Source: Chrysomallon squamiferum (lineage: Eukaryota > Animalia > Mollusca). Taken from it: a stretch of DNA of 64,000 bases. The translations under genes were made by a program, and so were the position numbers. The DNA is taken from assembly GCA_012295275.1 (NCBI GenBank), contig CM022679.1, positions 12,090,001 through 12,154,000 of the forward strand. The letters are read 5' to 3'. Shown here one piece after another: positions 55,601 to 64,000 of the stretch (its first letter is position 1; every line of letters starts with the position of its first letter). The notes beneath the pieces were generated by a model. That model did no database searches. It was not told the origin of the DNA and worked only from the letters and a program-made list of their open reading frames with translations.

Positions 55601-58600
55601 CGTGTTTTGTAAGCTGATGAGAAGTGGGCTTTATAGATAGCAGTGTTTTTGGTTCGTGAACCGGCGTCGTCTTCGTTTCTGCAGAACCTAACGAAATGAA
55701 TAACGACCAGTGTTACTGCGTCTGTCATACATCAGATGAAAAGATAGAGATTTGTGTGTTCGAGCCGAGAGCTTGACCTTCGGCTGTAATTTGGCAGCCA
55801 TGTGCTTTTTCTCTCTCTCTCTCAATTTGATGAAAATGCGAAAAACACGAATGCTGTAATACCGCATTTCTGACTGCAACAAATTTAAAATAAACAATGT
55901 GACAATTTTCTTTATGATAAAACTTTGAACGAAAGGATGGCGTTTATAGCAACATTTTGAAAATAATGAAAAATTAAATTAATGAATGACTGAAGTAATT
56001 TCACAAGAAAAGATATCTAATTATAAAGATATATCTGTGTACATTTAATTATCTTTGGTTGTTTACAAGATGTATTAAAAAAAAATCAGTACAAGATGTA
56101 TAAAAGAATCAGTCTCCAAACAATTTGGCTGATATTAATTAATTCACCAAAGGCTGAAATCTTTTCAATTCTGACGTGTTCAAATATATGGGAAAAAGAA
56201 GTCAGCATGATTAATTCAGTAGAAAATTATCTGTTTTACATTTTTATTGGCAACCAATATCAACCACTGTAAGATCAAACATTTTATATACCTAATTCAG
56301 TAGAATATATTCGGTAATATTAATCAAACTAGTGCGAAATTTATCGTATTAAAATATTACCAACAATACTGTTCTGATTCGCATGCTAACAATTTCAGAA
56401 TTATATTTCTTATTATAAAATATATCAATAGTTAGACAAACAGATATTTCACATATTATCAGTTTGATTCTTCGAATTAAGCATTATGAAAGTTATAGAT
56501 GTATTCCCCTTACATGCCTTTTGAGGAGTATTAGACAAATAAGTATATTAGTTATTACTAACTCAGATTAAAATGATGCTAATTAAGCAATGTATGATAC
56601 ATCAACTAACTGGAAACATCTTATAAGAGACCGACAAACTCAGTACCAGTATATTAGTATTTATTTATTTTTTACAATCTAGGAAGAAAAAAAAAAAAGC
56701 AACTTTATAAATTTATTTAAACGTCTCATTTCCGTTTTGGCCATTATTATAATTACTATTCTAGTATTTCTTTTGGAGTTCAAATGATTTCTTCTCTCTT
56801 TTGCTAAGTGCATGTGTAATGAAGCTTTCGTATTATCGTGTGTGTGTGTTTAAATAATTGTCCATTGTGAACGCATCACTGCCGTTTCTGTTTTCAACAA
56901 AGTGTCAGCGTTCCACACTTTAACTAACTTCAGCGTCAAACTCTTATGTTCGTCCCTATGAAGCCATAATAAAAGCAGCAATAAGTCTTTAGTTACCTGA
57001 CACTTCTGACGGAAAATCGATGCCATTTGTCCAGAAACCTCGGCAGGGCTTTCCGGTATAGTGACAAGTCTTCGCTTAACACACTGACAGGTCGACAGGA
57101 AATGGGCCAGGTAAATTGGGATATCAGCAGTTTCGGGAGAAAACCAGTCAGTTTTTGGTCACCTAAATCACTTGTTTTCACTCGGAGCCAAGCCGTAGTC
57201 TGTCAGTGGACAATTTGCTCTCTGCTTGGACAGTGATTTGTTGTTTCCGTTTCTCTTGGTCGGATTGTCAGACGCAAGACATTCATTTCCGGTTCCGGGA
57301 AGTCACCGAGGCTGTCTTTCTAACTGTCTGATCAAGTATCCGATGACAATAGTTCATTTGTGACAGATCACGGCGTGAGTACCCAACAGTAAACAGTCAG
57401 ACATTGACTGAACTGTGAATCGCGCACTTTGACAAATAGGTTAACGAAGATTCAGCTTCTCTTTAGCAATTAAATCGAAACACATTATATTTCCTAGACG
57501 AGTGGTAACTCTTACAGAATTACTGCTGTTTAATGATGATATAACGTTACTCAGCCCGCCTCAGATACATCTATCATAATGGCGGTCGTTTAGAGTAATT
57601 TGTCAGTCGATAGATACTCAAAATGTATATGCAAATAAAACCTTGAAATATCTTCTATTCATGAAGATAAAGTACGTGACAGCTAACTAGTTACATGTAA
57701 TTTTAATTAAAATACAAATGGCAATAAGCTGTATGATATTCAGAATTAGATATTATTTTTAAGACATCTGATAAATCTTTTAATTACAGCTAAAGATTAA
57801 AATTAGGCTTAGAAGAATTTGTAGTGGCTATCTATAACTCTTTGTTTTGTTTTGTTTTGCTGTATTCTTTATTTTGTTTCTGTTTTGCCGTATTCTTTAT
57901 TTTTTTTTAAGCTAATATATATTAAGAAACACTTATAACATAAGTCAGCTATTTCACGACAAAATATGTAGATTCGATGCAGTAAATCTTGGTGTTGACG
58001 TATGAATAAAAACCTGAACTGAGTGACATATAAGTCTGTGAAAGTACATGACCACAGCACAACAGACCTAAACAGTGCCAATTCATGTTATTACAAGCAG
58101 TTTCAATTAGTTATCCCTTACACGTGTTTCAAGTGCTAATACTGGCCTAAGATGAATTGATTATTCAATTAATAGCATCAAAGAAAATGCTGTCAGCAAA
58201 CTGCCTTTTCATAACTGGCCTAGCTGCGGTTTATCAAGTGGGGCAGATGCATATTAAGAGATCAATAGATAAGGACTTAAGACTTTTTTTTAGAAAAGAA
58301 AATGAAAGTACATTTTTCTCTCTACCGCAGATGTTCATAAAAAAACACATTGCCCATCCATTACATGATGAATGATAAAGATTTCAGGTACTTATCGTCT
58401 TAAGACGCAGTTAGATGATGCACTTGTTTGAGAAAAATAATTCGTATTAAATATGAAACTGAAAATTTGGAGTTATGTGATAAAGACTTCCAATATTTCG
58501 TTGTTTATGGTCCAAAGACGAACATTTAAAGTTATATTCGAGAAGAAATACATATAGGAAAACAAGCTTATTACAAACAAAACAAACAGCATGAAAACTG

Positions 58601-60732
58601 TCAAAAGAATCAGCAACAGAAGGAAAGATATATTCAGCAATAGAGAAGTAGCAGAAACAGTATCATCTACTCATAAACAATAACAACAATACTATAATAG
58701 TAATATTAGTTATAATAGTAGTAGTAATAATTGTAGAAAAAGTCGTAGTAATAGTAGCAACACAGGTTGTAATAATAGAGTAAAAGTATAATAGTAGTAG
58801 CAGTAGATGTAGTTGTAATAGTTGCTGTTGTTGTTTTAGTAGTACTAGCAGAAGTAGCAGTAGTAGCAGTTGTAACAAAAGCAATGATTATGTTGATGAT
58901 TTTCATGATAATGAAACATCTGTGCAGCATTAAAAATGTATGTAAAATAATTAAAGTTTACACAAAACCAGTGAATAAGCCTTATAGTTTAGAACTAGAT
59001 TATTAATGCATATTTATTTTAAATATAATATCATCTCTATACACAATATATAACATCTGCTTTTAAAACACACATTTCAGATCGTCGCTACAAATCACAA
59101 TCTATGAACAGAACCTTTAGTATGAGTAACCAAACAAGAAGAAAAGAGCAGGAGTCCATCAATCTAGTTTCATTTGTTAAATGCATGTGTTCGATCAACA
59201 ATATGTCGGTTGTAACTAATTATCATGGCCATGAATCTATCTGAGCTCAGACAAAAATCTTCTGAAGAGATTCTTAGCGAGTTGTCTGCAATCAAAACTC
59301 TCCCAGAGGAAACAAGTGAAATATTGCCTGTCAGGTCGGAATAACATGCTGTCACACGTATTCTTGTATACGTAATAAATCACATTTTTCTCAAATGAAT
59401 TGTTGTTCATTTTGTTCGACACTTGCTCGACAAACTATCAATTTAAAAGCATTCTGTCAACCCGCAGGACAAAACGAAGAACAAAACGACGTCCCGGGCG
59501 GTACGGTGATGACAAATTGAAAGTCCCCGCTAACCGATCATCATCTGTGAAAGTTGACGTTGTTATCAGCAGACTTCGCTCAAGTCTTCGTTTTTGAAAA
59601 CACAAAGTCTTCAGCCGAGTAAATCTAATCATTACTTGAAAGTCTAAAGACGTTGTAGTAAGTATAACACACAAATATGCGTAAAACGTAAGTTAATATT
59701 AGTAAACCTGTTACGACTAGAAAATGAAGAAGGGTTAATATAATACAACGTTATATATAATTTCAATGGTTTATTAAGTCGTGCATTTTTAGTATGTATT
59801 CAGATCTTCTCCTAGTGTATTTTAATATTATGTATAAATGTGCATTTATGTTAACCGTTTCTGAACTTAATATTTTATTAAAATAAATTCATTTTAAACA
59901 TTTGTTTTTAAGTGTGAATGTTTAAACGACTTACCATATTAATATATTATAAGGATGCATGAAAGATATAAATGTTTATTTAACCTGAATTGTGGACGAA
60001 GAAAACTTCTATTCACATGTACTTTTGCATGTAAATAAACTTCAATTTTACTTGAATAAACATGATTTTAAGTATCCTTCATTTTTCAATTTCTTATTTA
60101 TATAATGTATAAATTTGTATGACAATAAATATTTTATTTTATTATTTATTTTATAATGATATCTGATCTAATTTCTAAAAATGTATTTGTTATATGATCG
60201 CTTGACTGATTGGTTTATTATGCCAGCTGTCTTTCAGTTTCGCTTATTTACATTATTAGTATTCGACAGTTTTACACAAAAGGTTTGTTTTATTTAAATT
60301 TGTTAACGATACTGTGTGACCAGCAATACACAGTGGACATTTTGATCTATTTTAATAAATGCCAGGAGATTATTAGTCACGATTTGTTCAGGGTAGAACG
60401 CTGTCATTATTATAAACCAACATTATGATAAAAAAAAAAATAATAATATTTGGTAGAACATCAGCAATAATCTACTTGAGAAAAAACTTAAACTAGCTAT
60501 GTATTAATTATTGCAATGATGATTTTTAGAAAAAAAGTAGCATAAAAGTTCTATATTTAACAAAAACCTGATTAGATTATAAAAGTAACGTGGGAATTTC
60601 AATTCTACACTTCCGACCTTCTGTAGAAGTCGGAAAAATAATACAAAAGAAAAAGGATGAACCAAAAATGACACGGGTAAATAAGTGTCGTAGTACATTA
60701 AAATTAAATAAATAAATAAATAAATAAATAAA

Positions 60733-60798
<66 letters not shown>

Positions 60799-60927
60799 AA
60801 GAAGAAGAAGAAGAAGAAAATGATGATGATGATAAAAAGTCTATAGGTGTATTCATTTTCTGATTTTTACATGGTAACCATCTTTTTTTGTTCTTTTCTT
60901 TTCTTTTTTTTTTTTTTTGTCCTAATA

Positions 60928-61262
60928 CCTCAGTCTTCAGCTTCGGTCTGGTTACTTCAAAATCCTACCTGGGAAGTACAGTGTTCTTTTTGAGTTTTGA
61001 GTCTTTAGATTTTCTTCTCCTAGATAGATTGTCTACCAAGTGAGAACGTGACCATATGGCAATGGGTCATGCACACCACACCTCTGGAGCCCCGAGTGCT
61101 CGAAGGTCACCCTCAGTCAAGTATTTGTCCTTAAGGAGCCAGTTACCATTTCGTGCCAAGCTGTGAGCAGTGAGCACTGAACGAGTTTTGTATGTGGAGA
61201 GGTTATGTACCGGAAGGGTTGGGCTTTCGTGCGTCAGTCCCCTTTTCGCTTCGACAAGTTTT
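60928..61262. mobile_element. Probable retroelement-derived fragment (RTE-LINE end or related SINE)
   Basis: GC-rich block next to a poly-T tract. It contains ttcttctcctagatagattgtctaccaag, similar from memory to RTE-associated TTCTCCTAGACNGGTTGCCTACCAAGG, and lacks the TGACAG richness of the other islands. Confidence 0.35.
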
Positions 61263-64000
61263 CCAAGATAGCAAGAAAGTCATAAGCCTTTACACAATAT
61301 TACAACACTAAACAAATTACAAAAACCTGTGGACAGATCATATAATAATGATAATGATGATGTTGATGATGATGATGATGATAATAATAATAATAATATT
61401 TTATTTTGATCCTGTACCATGAAAGCATTTCTTGTTTAGTAGATCCTCTTAAAATTGTAGATATTCGTATTTTGACATTCTCTTTTCATTCATAAATATT
61501 AATAATCTAAAAGGAAGAGACAGTTATATTAGATTAGATGCAAGGAAAAATGAAAAACATCTAATCTTTGCTGAACATCTAGTTTTAGCAGTATAAGAAG
61601 TGTTCTAGTCAGCTTAAATGCATTCTTCAATTTCTTATCCAAAACGTCCGATGAAATCACTCACATCTGAAACTGTTCATGTTAGTAGATACACGTACAT
61701 ATATATATATTTTAATGATATACGTTTATATGATAATGTTTTGGTATTTTGTTTATGATATAATCTGTTATGATAAAATAGTGAAGGGTCTACAAATAAA
61801 ATATTAATATTACATTGTAATGAACAGAGTTCAGATATGGAAGCAATAAATATATGGTTTTAAATAATGCTGAAATTTCATAGGCCAAAATATAAAAGGT
61901 CATAGGCATAATATGAAATGCCATACTCAAAATGTCCCTAACATCAACAAATCATCTAAATTTATTCATCTGATTAGATATTCATGAGCCTGAAATATGA
62001 TAAACGTATGCCATGACATTTTGTTTGGAATAATTTAACTGATGAAATAAATATTGAAACGTATGAGAGAAGAATAATACTACCAACAAAGCACTTCTAG
62101 CATTTCGTTAATTCTCTTCATCTGAAAAAAAAAAAAAATAATAATAATAATTAAAAAAAATTAAAAAAAAATTAAAAAATTAAAATTAAATGAGGAAATC
62201 TATTTCATTTTAAAATTATTTAATAAATTATTCCCTAGTTTAATCATAAATTAACGATTAAATTAATAAAGTATTTAATATTATTTTAACATCTTTTAAT
62301 TATTAAACTAGTGAATAAATGTTTTTAAAATGAAATAGGTTTTCACATTCAGCGTTATCTTTAATTGTTTTGTCTTATTTTGTCTTTGTTACTTTTGACC
62401 TATATTAAATGTTGTCTAAGAAATCTAGTCAAAATACGTTACTCCGAAATGTCCTGTTATGAAAATATCTAACCAAAACATCCTAGTCAGTCGTCTGTTT
62501 CGCAAATCTTCAAACTTCGTGAACAGGCAAATAAACTAAAAATGAAAGCTGAAAATATACATCATATTTAATGACATTTTGAATCTCGAGTAGCCTGATA
62601 TTAATTCAAATCCATTACTTTTTTCCACTATAAATATTAAGATGGCATTTCAATTCAAACTCAATCTGCAAATTTTATAAACAGATCTTGCAGAGCCGCT
62701 CGCTTTAATCAGTGTCTTGATACGGAAAATAATGTCAGACTGAAATGTCCACTTCAATTTTAAACAGACTGCATTCGGTTCGTTCAGATGTCTGGTTTCT
62801 GTTTATCTTAACAGTGCATTTCTCGTCAACAAAATAAGATAGTTATTTAATCAACAGAAGAGTCATTTCTTGTTCTTAGACAATGAAAACAGATGAGATG
62901 AGAATAGTCTAAATATTCTAGCATAGTATCAAGAAGCAGGTCTGAATTAAGGCTTCTGTAATATACAACTAAAATATCAAATAAAATGCAGAATTGGTCT
63001 TGTTTACTAAGACATTGAACTAAGCCAATAGTTAAATATGTTTAGTTAAATATGTTTAGCTTGGTATAAAATAAAAAACAGGCTTTATCAACATTACAGC
63101 TTGTCAAAGAGAGTGTCTCTGACGACAAGTAAAACAAGTTAGAATAATTTAAATATAGCTTGCTAGTGAATTGGATGGTACTGTATCCTTTTCACGTCCA
63201 TCTCGATTAAATATCGCAGCTTGTACTGGCACCCAGAGTCTGAAATCCTAACGAACGGAATTTTATAGCCTGAAGCGTCCAGCATTAGTGATGTGTATTA
63301 AAAATGCACTTCTGGCGTCTCGTTAATTCTCTTCAGTACACGACATTCGTGTTAATGTTATCAGCAAAGCTCAGACACGGCGCCTGATACTTGCAATTGC
63401 TTTTGACAAGCCTGATAGCCAGAAATGCATTATAAAAGCAATGTACTGTCCATAGGAAATATTCAAACTGACAGTCTGCCTTCATGTATATCTCTGGAGA
63501 CCGTCAGACGTCCACTTAAATATGACAGAACACACTTGGAGATTCCTCTCCGATGACACCGTGGCACAATTTTCGAATATAATTGATTTGATATAATATG
63601 CACGCTGGGATTTTTGATTATTGACAAGCTGAATATCGTCGTGGAAGGAGATGGTGTGCAGTGTCAGACCCAGCTCATATTATTTACATATTAAATAAAT
63701 CCTTATTTTCTTCTTTCCTAGGCTTTTTTATATTCTGATTTCTGCGTCTTTGCTACGTGTTTTTTTTTTTTTTTTTTTTTTTTTTCTCTCTTTTGTTTTT
63801 TTATATGAATACAGAAATACTTTATTTTCTAATGCTCATGGTAAAATTTATTCTTTTTTTTTTTTTAAAAAAAAATAATAGTAATAAAAAAATAACGTCT
63901 TTGGGTTGTTTTGACAGTTTCTATATATTTTGAAAAATTGTAAAAACAATACACAGTTTAATCTTTCATATATATTCGTGAATAGCATGCTTTAACCTAA

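Noticed and set aside
56993-57236. Overlapping short ORFs and a CAG|GTAA donor in a GC-rich island
   Set aside because: Translations show no protein-like features or clear acceptor; better explained as a motif-rich non-coding island.
63372-63384. CAGAC next to GGCGCC as a BMP/Smad response element
   Set aside because: The spacer is 2 nt rather than the canonical 5 nt, and it is a single instance.

Overview
AT-rich, microsatellite-dense eukaryotic (animal) DNA. It is probably from a gastropod mollusc, judging by decayed tRNA-headed SINEs that resemble, from memory, the Meta/MESC-core SINEs of vetigastropod/neomphaline snails. The window is almost entirely non-coding, and nearly all ORFs in the supplied track are translations of simple or tandem repeats. 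Supported features: one intact tRNA-Thr(TGT) gene (minus strand, 25714-25786); one likely terminal coding exon (minus strand, 9704-9973) encoding a Cys-containing segment, a Ser/Thr/Pro stalk and a GPI-anchor-type hydrophobic C-terminus, whose upstream exons I could not find; a ~20-copy 60/56-bp minisatellite; smaller tandem repeats; SINE and transposon relics; and promoter-like motif clusters. The main unexplained structure is a series of about 40 GC/CpG-richer non-coding islands of 200-600 bp, spaced every 1-2 kb. They are rich in TGACAG/CTGTCA (Meis/Prep/TGIF) and TGAT(T/G)(G/T)A(T/C) (Pbx-Hox) words and in short inverted repeats. Two of them (34079-34307 and 48708-48957) are clearly diverged paralogues that keep the same motif blocks and small hairpins in the same order.
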